Shown here: one piece after another, positions 29,080 through 42,081 of the stretch | How the letters are laid out: each line of letters begins with the position of its first letter | How positions within the stretch are numbered: the first letter of the stretch is position 1 | Source: the human T2T-CHM13v2.0 reference genome, Homo sapiens | Length of the DNA stretch: 64,000 nt | Assembly: GCF_009914755.1 (NCBI RefSeq) | Contig: NC_060932.1 | Direction: 5' to 3' (one strand) | Notes under the pieces: model-generated | What the model was told of the DNA's origin: nothing | The model's database searches: none | What the model saw: the letters and a program-made list of their open reading frames with translations, nothing else | Program-made: the position numbers and the translations under genes

Positions 29080-31220
29080 CTGGCTCCCAGCTTGGCCACT
29101 TTCTGACTGGGAGCAGATCATTTAACCACAGTTACCCGTGTGTAAAATAAGGTTATAGACAGTTGTCAAGCCCCAAAAGCTGTCAGGAGAGTTTGATGAA
29201 GTATTTAGGTGAAGTTCCTGGCCTAAGATGCCAACACCAACGGAGGGCTTGAAACGCCAACTTCACCGAGCACTTGCTGAGGGCTTCCTCTGTGCCAGGT
29301 ACTCTTTTGGGAGCCACAACATCCATAAATCAATGGCCTCCAAGGAAAGCTTGTAAAATAGGTCATTATCCCCATTTTATGGCCAATAAAATGGAGGCTC
29401 AGAGAGGGAATGAGTTGCTTCTCGCCCCACAGCTGGTGAGAGGTGAAGCTGAGCCGTGGACCTTGAGCTGTTGGGCACCAACGCTGGCAAGCCCTCTTAA
29501 GGAAGAGCACTGCCAGGGTCCACCTTCCCACCACCAGCACCCCTCCCCAGTGGCTCCCTGGGCACTAAGAGCTTTGTTATAGGGAACAAATGGAAGCAGA
29601 ACAAAAGACAGAGAACCCAGCGACCAGGACCATGTCTCAAGCTACAATTACAGGCACTGCTTAAGCCAGGACAGCCACTAGGCCAACAAGCCAGAAGAGA
29701 AGGGCGAAGGGAGCCACCCAGTACCTGGCCCTGTGATATCATCCTAGCAGGGACACAGTAAAGAGGCTAACTCAAGACCCCAGGCAGGTGGAGAACTTCA
29801 AAGGGCCAATGAGGCCACCCTGGCCACTGGCTCAGACCACACAAGACCCAGGAGTCTCAGCAAAGCCTTAAGTTAGGTCACAACCCAAGACACAGAGAGC
29901 AAGGGCTGTGGGCGATGGAGGAAGGAGGCGGCGGCGAGAGGCTCTCACAGACTGAGCACCTGTGTCAGATGCTTGAGCAGACACTTTATAGAGAACAGCT
30001 CATGTATTAGTCACGAGGAATCATTTTTCAGATGTGGAAATCAAGGTGTCAGGGGTTAAGTATCTTGCCCAAGATGGATGGCAAATAAATGCCAGGTTGG
30101 AATTTAAATATAACCCCGTCTGGCCTCATCACCTGTGGTCGGCATACTTTGGACCCTGCAGTGCATGCAGCTGCTGTCCACAGACAATGGCCTGAGCCCC
30201 ATCCCTTGATGAGACTCCTCTGACCACCACTGAACCTCCCACAGCTTGGACACCCAAGTGGCAAAAGCCTTTACAAAAGAACAAAGGCCCAGCGAGACTC
30301 CTGTTGGGGTGAGTCTGCCCAGCATCGCCCTCCGGAAGATTCAGCCTGGCCCTGAGCCCCGACACCCCGTGTTCCAGAGCCCTCTCCCTCTGTACCTGGT
30401 CTGAACTGGCCACCCCTCCTTGGGTTCTCCCGCCTCTCAATGTCATTCATCCTTTTTGTCAGCCTGACCCTTTGTCAGGCCAGCTCCACTACTACCCGTA
30501 TCTGTGCCTTCCACAGGCCACACCGCCCCACGGCTACCAACCACTGTGACAGGTGACCCAGCTGTCAAGTCCGGACTCTGCCTCTCGCCAGCTGTAGGCC
30601 AGGACTCACCAATCTCTCCGTCCTCAACGGAGAAGCCAGAATCCTGCCTGTTAGCCAGAGTTGTGGAGAGGACGGTGACCATGTGGGGGACACCCAAGCA
30701 CCCCACCTGGCCCTCAGGAAGAGCCCCAAGTGACAGAGCTGCTGTCCCTTCTGCACTCCTGCCACTGCAGCTGGTGGGGCTCAGCTTGCATGGGGGCTCC
30801 ACAGCAAGTCACAATCTGTTCCCAGTGGTGCCCGCGAGGAGCCAGTAGGGACAAATAATGGTTGTTCGGTGGCTTAACCCCTAACGTTTTAGGATTTCCC
30901 TTCAGGGTCCACGTGTCCCCAATACCAAGTTCCATAAAACAAGCAAACAAATAACAAAACATCTCCTTTTGTAACCCCTTCAGAGCTAGAGACAGGAAGA
31001 GAAAAACAAACAAGGCAGATTACAGGACATGAGATCCCAACACAGAACGTCCTTCTCCTGGTATATGCTGAAGAGGAGGACAGCAGGAAACCCACATGTG
31101 TCCTCGGACAAACCCACGTGTGTCCTCAGCTGCGCCTGCACATTTCTACCGTCTGCCCACTACACAGAGCAGGGATAGCTGTGAGCACACAGGCTCTGGT
31201 TCAAGGGCCTTCTTTCTATA

Positions 31221-32251
31221 TGATGGCAGTAGCTGCTGCCATCATGCCGGCTGTGGCAGGGAGCATGGCAGGGAGGCATGGCTGGGGCTGTATACTCCAT
31301 GGAGCCAGTGAGAGCCCCACCCCTTCTGAATTGGAGTGGGAGCACCTGGGGTGCCACAGCTGCCCAAACCACCACCCAAACCATAGCTGCAGACCCAGGC
31401 CTCCTGCTCTACGGAGCAGGCAGGAGCCCCACCCTACTGGGCAGGGCTACAGCCACTGAAACTGCAGCTATGGAGCCAAGCCTCCCTGTGCTCTCAGGGG
31501 AGCCAGGAACAGGCAGGAACTGCCTTCCCAGGTGTGGTTGCAGCCATCCTCCCAGGTGCAGGACCTGGGCGTTTCTGCAGCCTGTAGCCTGCACCCTTGG
31601 GGGCCCCAGAAAGGACCCTCCCCTTGTCCCTGCAGGCTCAGGGGTGTCTGCTCCCACTGCCTGGCCTCTCTCAGCTCCTGGTGCCTGCTCTGATCTCAAA
31701 GCGGGGGACTTGTGCTGCCTCTTCTGGACCCACCCATGGCTGCCTATGGACCAGTCGGCAGGCACTTCCTCGCCTGTGAGGTTTATAAAAGCCCCAGACT
31801 CAGCCAGGGCAGAAGAGAGGATGACAGAGGATAGCCAGAGGACAAACAGGGCAGAGAGATGACGGGATGACCAGCTGCAGAGACAAATAACCCCTCTGCT
31901 GATAGCTGGAGATGATGGGACAACCAGCTGCAGAGAGGAGCTCCTCTCTCTGCTGAGAACTGCAGACATCAGGACAACCAGTTTCAGAGGAGCTACCCTC
32001 TCCAGGGCCTCTTCTCTGCTGAGAACTGAACACTTGAAGGATGACTTGCCTACAAAGAGGAGCTATCCACTGTGGTCTCCTCTAGCTGTTGTAACACTCA
32101 ATGACGCTCATCTTCATCTTGTTCACCCTTCATATGTCTTTGTACCTCAGTCTTCCTGGATGCAGGACAAGAACTCGGGCAAAGGCACCACTGGCCGCAG
32201 AGATTTCCGGGAAGAAAATCGGCACTCCAAAGATCCCAAGATCCCAGAACA
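31221..32251 (+). mobile_element. ERV1 solo LTR, MER52 family
   Basis: Starts tgatggcag and ends ...agaaca. Contains characteristic gcagacccaggcctcctgctctacggagcaggcaggagcccc, ataaaagccccagactcagcc and repeated accagctgcagagaggagct blocks. Confidence 0.8.
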
Positions 32252-32679
32252 GTAAGATTCAGTGTCTGTAATATATCACATGCTAAATAGCTATTATAAC
32301 ACATCAGAATAAACTTGATAGCCATCCATAAGCCGTGAAGCTGAGCAAAGGCACCAAGGTGTAAGAACACAAGTTGTATGTTCTCTTTTTTTCATTCATC
32401 CATTCATTCAACACACACACAGTATTTGTGGTTTTTCAGTAGTATCTATCATCCAAACACCATCATATCCTGCCTCTTCCATCTAGTCATTGGAACATTT
32501 ATCCATGTTGCCAGAATAAACTTGGGGTGAGCCTGAAGTTGGACCTTGACGTGGTGCCAGACATCAGTCCCAATCCTGGAGAACCCACTGCCATTCTCCC
32601 AGCCCCACTGGAAGCATGTGGCCACGGTGACCAGGAGGACACATGGACTTTCACAGCAGGACCCAAAGAGCTTCTGCAA

Positions 32680-33030
32680 GAACCCACCAGAGCTCCCTCC
32701 CCGGTCAGCTCAGGGAGGCCCAGCATCACAGCCTTGAGCAGCATAAGGGTCCTTATAATGGAGAGAGGGAGGCAGTTGGGTTGGAGCCACAGAAGGAGGC
32801 AAACTTATGCAGAGGCTGGAGGGAGGCTGGGCCATGAGCCAAGGAGTGCAGGGGCCTCAGGAAGCCGGAGGAGCAAGGGAACAGATTCCCCCCAGGCCTC
32901 CAGCAGGCATACAGCTTACTCCTCCATGTTCAGACCTCTGACCCCCAGGAGTGGAAAATAATAAATGTGTGTTGTTTTAAGCCAATAAGCTTGTGATAAT
33001 TTGTTACAGCAGCAATAGAGAACTAATACC
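32680..33030 (+). mobile_element. MaLR LTR (MLT1C/D-like)
   Basis: ccatgagccaaggagtgcagg...aataaatgtgtgttgttttaagcca...tttgttacagcagcaatagagaactaatac. Confidence 0.8.
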
Positions 33031-33892
33031 ACTAACGAGAGACGGAGGTGTCTCTCATTAAAGACTACATGATATTTAATGTGGCCTGCATATTAAGTAT
33101 CATGTAGCAAGGTTTAATTTTTCATAGACCTTTGGATACAATACATAGAAATCGGTGATAATACTGCTATTTTTTCCCACCCCAGTGGCTCTCATGCTCT
33201 CCCTTGGAGCCTTGCACTAAATCATGGCTAACAGGCTAACAATGCTGCGTCTGCCTCCTTCTAAGCCCGGGCTACGGAAACAGCACAGCAGATACTTCTA
33301 GGAAGGTTAGATTTAACCCTAGGCTTCCCAAGGATGGCTGAGGTGTAGAGGAGTTAAGGAATTTGCCCATTTTCACTTATTTACTGTTTTGCTCACTCAT
33401 TTCATTTCATCCTTATTCCCTGGGTGAGCGTGGCTTCCTGTGGCCATGTAGGAGCTTTTGGAGGGATGGGAGACTCGTCCTTTCAGTTGAAGGCAACACA
33501 ACTCATTCTCCTTTCATGGCCTCAGGTCACATGGGCCCCTTTCCCTTTCACTTTTAGATGATCTACCAGGAAATGTTCAGGTTTTCATGAAAATTAAGCA
33601 CACCTTCATGCTACAGCATACCTGCAAAGCCATTTGATAGATGTAACACAGGACCTAAAGGGCGTCGGAACCAGTGAGGGATTCCCTCCGAGAACCAGTT
33701 CTACCAAAAAAAAAAAAAAAAAAAAAACAACTACAGACCAAGTCTCAAACACAAGGATGCTTATTTCTATGTTATTTAAAATACAGAAACAATGGAATCA
33801 ATTAAAATGACTGATGATAGGGCATGATTAGTAAATTATGGTATATATGTAGAATTGACTTATGCAACTATAAAAAAATTATGTTTGTTTTT

Positions 33893-34197
<305 letters not shown>

Positions 34198-37002
34198 GCG
34201 GGGGAGCACCTCAGGAGGCCAGGGAAGGCCTCAGGGCAGAGATGATGTCTGGGAGAATGAGGCGGGATTCTCCAGACTGACAGATGGATGGTGGTCTCTC
34301 CACAGGGTGTGTGGAGAATCAGTTCATAGCCAACTCTGGAATGCACTCTCTCACAGAGCACTAACTCAACACTCTCTAAGAATCCTCCGCCTTGGAGAAG
34401 ATTCAGTGGCTATGATCTAAGAAGCCGAAAGCCAAGTTCTACTCGAGGCTCTTCTACCAGGCACTGAGAAGGCCACTCTGAGCCTCAGGATCCTCACCTG
34501 TGAGGCAGGGCATCAGGGCTTTCGGTATCTCAAAGATCCCTTCCAACTTAACCATTCCAAAGCTTAAGGGACTTCGGAGGTATTTCTATACAGAAAAATC
34601 ATTACAAATATGCAGAACAGCATCTCCAAGATGATAAAGCCTAGTTATTTAAGAAAACAAAGAGATGAAATGGTAGGAAGCATGGCAACACTGTATACCT
34701 TTGAGTCCTCAACAAATTTGAGGAAAAATAATATTTGCTGGAGGCCAGATTTTTAATTTCCCTAAAGTACTATTCCCACCAAGGACCTTAGACCCCAGTG
34801 CTGCTCATACATGCACTTGAGAAGCTTACGTGAAAGCAGGAGAGGAATGCTGTCCATAACATTGCCCAAATGCAGCTGATCTATCCTATCGTACCGAGCC
34901 TAACTGGGGCTGTTGCTCTCCTACTGATCCACTGGACTCGGGGCCAGGTGAAGGTGCTGAACTGTCCTCAGCTGTAGGACTGAGTCTATTCCAAGTCAGC
35001 CCAGGCTGGCTGTAACTCTCTGTGGACTGGCCTGTCTTCGTCCCTCAGCAGGGGGTCTCTGGGGGACACAGGGCCCAGCTGCCTTCCACAGGCTTCTAAC
35101 CACAAGGCAAGGATGACGGCCCATTCATCTGCAGGCCCTCAGCCCCTAGCACAGTGCTTTGCACGTTCAGGAATTGAGAAATGATTGTGCAGTGGAAAAT
35201 GACCATTTAGGATAGTCCTGTGTTTTCTGAAATGTGCCCTCTATAACTTGCAATGTTGGGAGATTCTCCCCGCATGACAATCCTTGAAAAGCCACCTTTT
35301 CCCCAGGATGACACCCTGGGGTGCTGCAGCAGCTCCCGAGGCTCCCAGCCACCTCATTAGCTTCCTTTGAACAGACTGAAGTCTGCACACGTCCTCCTCA
35401 GGGGAGTCCATCAGAGCTGCAGAACTGGGGCTGACAAGATAGGTCCTAGGATCTCATTGAGCCGAAAATGATGCATTCATGAATTTTTAATAGTAGAAAA
35501 TTTATCAAGAACAAAGAACAAAGGTTTCCAAGGCAAAGAAGCTTTGCTTGCTGGTCTCCAGGAGCCCCCAGCTGACACTGGCTGAGATTTTCCATCCCGT
35601 ATCCATTCACATTCACCAACCAAACCTCTGCTTCCCTGTTCCAGAGACATACCCTAGTGCAAGGGGAAATACAAACAATGCAATTACTTTTAAAAAGCAG
35701 AGACGCATCACACGGGGGAGAGAAGGCTCCATGTTGAGCAGAGTTGGCTACGTGCTGAATGTGGAACAGGTTCACTGGGGAGGACTAATTGGAAATAAAA
35801 GAATTTCCTTTAACCTAATCACCAATAAACAGCAGTGAGGGAAGCACAGCAGACTGACATCTCGGGCTGACATCTCGCACAGCCTGCGCCACAAGGCCTT
35901 CCGGCACAGCACCAGGCCTGTCTGCGGGAGGCTTTGCAAGGGGAAAATGTCCTTGGTACCTATCCATTTTGAAAAACAGTAACTACGACTACTACTTTCA
36001 CATAGGACGTTTCTATGAAGTTGTGAAGAGTTCTGCTCAGCCAGTGCCTCTGGGCCCCTCCAAGCGAGTCACAGTATGAGAGGTGGGGGCAGAACAGACA
36101 AGGCCACTGGCTTGACCATCTCTCATCCTCGAAGGGAGGTGGACATGGGGCACAGTCATCCCATTCCACCCCAGAGAAGGAGACCAGATGCCAGATAACC
36201 TGCATCCAAGCCCCACTTTGCTGGGTTCCCGGCACACGGAGTGGTGGGAAACGCAGGATCACCCTGGGCCCACAAGCTCCTCTCTCTGCCAGGGCAGGGT
36301 GCTCTCACCCAGGGCTGAGACTTCTCACCCATCAGACCCTGCTCTCTGCTCCCACAGGATGCATGCTGCACCCTTCCTCAGCCCTAGCTCCTGCAGCGGT
36401 GGGGCTCCTGCAGGGAGGCACACAGGCCCAAGCTTGGTCCTTCTTCCAGAATAGCCTACTGTGCACGCATTGCTTCTGTTTTTGTCTCAGTCTGTTTCTT
36501 GTGTTAAATGGGTATAAATTTGCCTGTTCCTTAGGGCTGCAGGTGGCACGATGCTTGGCACACTCTGCGTCTCAATAAATGCCAGCTCCTTTCTAATCCC
36601 ACTGTAACAAAACCTTCTCAAGAGCAGGGAGAGAGCTGTTTTTCTGTACCGGCCATAGGGGGTTGAGTCTAATAAGTGCTCAATAAACCCCAATGAAAAG
36701 AACAACAGCCTCATTTACATGCTGAGTACACACGTGCATCAATACATATCATGGCAGGTTTCAGATGGTCATTTCGGTGCAACCTCAGCACCATTCCCGA
36801 CATACGGTTTAGCACAAACTGGGTGCTCCATGAAAGTCTTTGGAATGAAAATAGAAAAGAATAAGAGAATACAGAGTCAACTGTAACATGACATATTAAC
36901 ATAGGGTAAGAAAAAAGCATGCACCTTTTAAAGAGAGCAAAAAGTCAACATAAAGACGAAGTTTTAATAAGCATGGTAGTTTGTCTTTAAATGCAGTGGA
37001 AG

Positions 37003-37381
37003 TGCGGTAGATTGCGTTACTGTCCGAAACACTCAGGGCCCCTTCCTACAGGATCATCCAGCCTCACCTTGTTGGGTTCTGGCTGCCTCATGACTTGTTT
37101 GACTGAGAGCATAATGGAAGTCACACAGGCCACCTGCAAGCAGAATGCTCATGAGCAATTCTTGGGTCCTTCCCCTTCACTTTTCCCTCTGCCATACTCC
37201 CCAGTATGTCTCAGAGAGGACTTGGGTCACTGAATGAAAGCAGACCGCAGCAGAGCCAAAACCAGGCTGCAATAGACACAGAACTTAAATGAGAAACAAG
37301 TATTTGTGCTGCTGCACTAAGTCACTAAGATTCTGGGCCATTTGTTACTGGAGAATAACTTATCCTGCACAGAATGATACA
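37003..37381 (+). mobile_element. Old MaLR LTR (MLT1H/I/J-like)
   Basis: tgcggtagattg start and ...agtcactaagattctgggccatttgttactg...tgataca end. Confidence 0.6.
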
Positions 37382-37790
37382 GATCAGGGTTCGAATGACT
37401 CGATCCAGTTCCTACTGTATTGGCCACTCAGCTAGGTGTCGGTACAGAGAGATGATGAAGACAGGATTCCTGCCAAAGGGGGCTCCCAGTGGAGAGACTG
37501 ATGTCTAAACAATGACACTAGGCATATGCTGTGCAGGACATGTGCACAGAGTGCTCCAGGAGCCCTGATCACAGTGGCTGGGGAAGCCAAAGGCAGGTGA
37601 CATGGTGAGGAAATGCCTGGGCCCGCCAGGAAGAAAGAGCACAACTGGCTGTTCATGGCCTCACGCCCACAGCACTGTATGTTGTATTACCCCAGCATTT
37701 TTCCTTTGTCTTCTCCCTCTGCTATGGAATAATAACTGGAAACTGTATAATAAAACAGGTTTTAAAAAGCACGCTTTGTTTTTGTTTTTA

Positions 37791-38150
<360 letters not shown>

Positions 38151-41100
38151 GCACAATGGTGCTTCTGTGTGCTCTTTCATTACGTAAAGCTGAGAAACCC
38201 GCACCCCTGGCCCACAGCCTGATTATCTCCCCCATGTTTAGCTGCCTATTATCTGTGTGTCCCCATGTCTCCAGCAAGCCCTGGAAACCAGCCCCACTTA
38301 AAAGTCTTATGTTCTTTCCCAGGAGGGGATGCCCAGTCTGACTCCTGCCTTCCTGGGATCTCAGAGAGCTCCAAGACGACCCTGAAATATGGTGGGGACA
38401 AGGCCAGCAGGAACAATGGGACTCGGCCGGCCTTTGGGCCAGACCAGCCTGGGCTCCAGAATCACGTCGCTAGTGGGCAGGGATACGTGCATTCACAAAG
38501 TCACCCGCTCCTTAAGGGAGACGTTGTCTACTCCGGACAAGGCTCATGTGGAGGGGCCTCTTCCCGTTCTCCTCTTCAGAATGACAGGAGCCTGCCACAG
38601 GAGAGTACTCATAAGTGGAGCGACTACCACTTACGGATGAGTTGTTAAATACAAGACAGGCACTACACCAGGTGCACAAGAGCGAGTCACCCAACTTGTC
38701 CTCATCCCGGCCTAGCAAGGGAGGTACTGACATCATCCCCGTTTCACAGATGCCAACACTGAGGCTCAGAGAGGTTAAGTCACTGACCCGAGATTACACC
38801 ACATGCAAATGTGGTGAAGGAAGGACTCTAACCCCCGTCTCTGCAGCCCAGAAGCTTATGGCCCGTCCACAATTTGTCACATGGAGAGACCATCAGCTCC
38901 AGCTGCACTTCAGACAAACTCCATGGCTAGAACAACAGGAGTCCAGAGATAGCAGGAACAGGAGTCATGGTTTTGTGTGTGTGTGCAAGATGTGTGAACA
39001 CAGCCACATTCTCTGAACACACGTATGCACACTGCACGTGGATCGTGCATGTCTAACGCAGCCATTCCAAGTGGAAAGATGAGCGAAGGGAATTGAGAAG
39101 ATGGCCCGGATGGGCAAATGCCCGTTCTTATGTTCAAGATCCAGTGTCGCTGCTTTGGGCATGAGACAGAGGGCATCATGTCACACACCTCCCACCCCAG
39201 GGCAGCTTCTGTGCCCCTCCTTGGATGCCCCCGCCTCCTGTGCTCATTTGTACTGCAGCCTTTCCCTCTCGCTAGACTGGGGTCTCAAAGCCACTGTCCT
39301 TTTAATAGCCGCATCTGCAGCGCCTGGTGCGTGGCTTGGCTCCTGGAGAAAACGTGATTCATATTTGGAATGGCCAAGCAAGGCAGGTCTGACAGAAGTC
39401 ACTGCAGGAGGGTCTCATGGCCTAGGTTCGGATCCTGGCTCAGACACATCCTAGCAGCGCCACCTGGGGCAAGGGGCTTCACCTCACCAAGCCTGGGTCT
39501 CCTCAATGGGCTAGCAGGAATATGACAAGGATCACAGAGGTGACAAGGCACATCTGCAAACCTGCAGCTAACACTGAAGGGCTGGAAAATGTGAACCTGT
39601 AGAGCACAAAGGTGTCAGCAAATGTCAGTGGGATGCCGTGGAATGCTCCTCGCCCCCCAGTGCCACCAGGCACAAAGGTTCAAGCTTGGGAAGCCAAAAA
39701 TGCTCTCCCCTGCCATGGCTGCTTTGATTGTGTCTATCTTGGGGAGTTTCCAGTGGCTAATAGATCTGGAGTTAATGTAACTTCACAAAGACTTTAGGAA
39801 CTAACACAAATTAAATGACTCCATTATGTCAGCCTCATTTCACTTTGGTTTTGCCGCCAACAGTTCTAACAGGCAAGCACTTTGCTCTATGACACTGTCT
39901 TGTTATCCAAGTTTCCAGCCAGTTTTCCACATTGAAGTATTTCTTTCAGTACGCAAAAAATGTTGTGTTAGCCACAGTCTAAGGAAAGACAGCAATTTTT
40001 CTTGGCCATAAACAGCCTGGTCATAAACCACAGCCTGTTTTCTACGAGACCTCCTCCTCCTGCTCTTTCTGCCCTTCCTAGGCAGAAAAGCATCATGTAA
40101 GGCTGAAGGGAAGCACCTCGGAAACAGGCGCCAGCGATGCCCAAAGAGAAGGAGCCGGGCATCAGGAGTCCAGGTCCCAGCTCTGCCGCCTGACGCTGGT
40201 GCCCGCAGCATCTCTGGGCGTCACAGCCCTCTGCTGGGAACTGCAGAACTCGGTCCCCAGTGCTGTTCACAGCCTCAGTGGCATGTCACATGAGAGAAGA
40301 TGTGAAAGTCTTAGAAATTAGGGAGCCCAGGACATGAGAGGCATTTGAGGACACAAGAATGGGCAGGAAGGAGAGGATCAAGGGGAGGGAGGGTACAAGG
40401 GAAGGCAGGAGGGCAGATCTGGGCTGGGAGAAGCGGGAGCCAGTAGCCTGAGATCCCTCTGGCACCCCAGAGAGAGGCCCCTTCATACAGCCTGTCCCAG
40501 AGACCTCAGACACACGGAGGGGCGCGGCTTCCCTCCGCCTTTCCCAGGGTCTCACTCACAAGAGGGAAGAAAAAGGGTCACCTTTTCCAGGTGCCTTACA
40601 GGGTTATAATCAGCTCTACTTCTACCTCCTCATGGGACCCAGCAGAGGCCCAGCTTGCTGGACTGGACCTAAGTGTCAAGGGCCAAATTCAGGGAGCAGG
40701 GCTGTGGCAGGGGTAGAGTCACGTGCCAGGCCTGCAATGCGCAGCCCAGTGCCCTTTGTCCAGGATCACAGTACAACCTTTCTGGTGTGGCCAGAAGCCA
40801 GCTGAACCTGAAAGGATGGGGGCCACGTGGCTAGACAACCTCTGCCCCCTGTCGAACCCCCTCCACCCCAGCTGTGACTCCTGCCCTCCCCGAGTGAGTG
40901 AACGGCAACCCCACCTGCCCTGTGGCCCAAACCCTTCCCCTCCTTCTCCATACCCCACACCCCTAAACCCTGCCAAATTCTCCTCCTACCCACACATCCC
41001 GGAATCCACCTCTTTTCTCTGCACCAATGGCACCCCCAGGCCCAGCCACTGCAACCCACCCCGAGATCAGCACCTAGGCTCCCGCCAGTCGTCACTCACC

Positions 41101-41655
41101 CCTTCCAGGCACTTCCCAAAAGGCCAATCTGATGGCACACTCTCCTGCCTTCTCATGACCGTCCCTTCCCTCACAAGAGACCTGACTTCGACCTTGGCTC
41201 ATGGGCCCTGCTGCCCCTCCAGCCTCACCCTGGACTATCGTCTCTGCCCTCACTCCCACCCTGAACAGCTTCAGCCTCGGGAACCCAGTGTGCTCCCCTG
41301 CCCCCAACCTCCTGGCCTGGCACAGGCAGTCCTCACTGGTAAGCAATCCCCACCCAGCTGCCCTCTGCCTGCCCAGCTCCTCCTGGCTGGTGAATCTCCC
41401 CTGAAGGCCTCTTCCACCAGAAAGCTGTCCCCAACACCTGCACCCAGGCTGGCTGGAGGATGAGCCCCTCCTCAGCAGTCTCTGGGCCTGCCCCTGCCTT
41501 CATACCTTGCAGAGGTGGGTGCTCTATCCCCTCGAGCCCAGTGCTCTCTGCACAAAGAACCATGCCTTGTTCTCAGCTGTTTCACCAGCACCAGGCGTGC
41601 CTGGCAAGATGACATGCACTTAACATGAGGAATCAATGGCAAGAATGAATGCTAA

Positions 41656-42081
<426 letters not shown>

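Noticed and set aside
28439-29125. 210/169/98-aa ORFs with 9-aa repeats (Cys-rich PPCDSECRA)
   Set aside because: The 27-bp unit is stop-free in several frames by chance. The keratin-associated or metallothionein look is superficial, and there is no promoter or splice support.
40723-41463. 246-aa Pro-rich ORF
   Set aside because: GTG start in C-rich intronic sequence with no recognisable domain.
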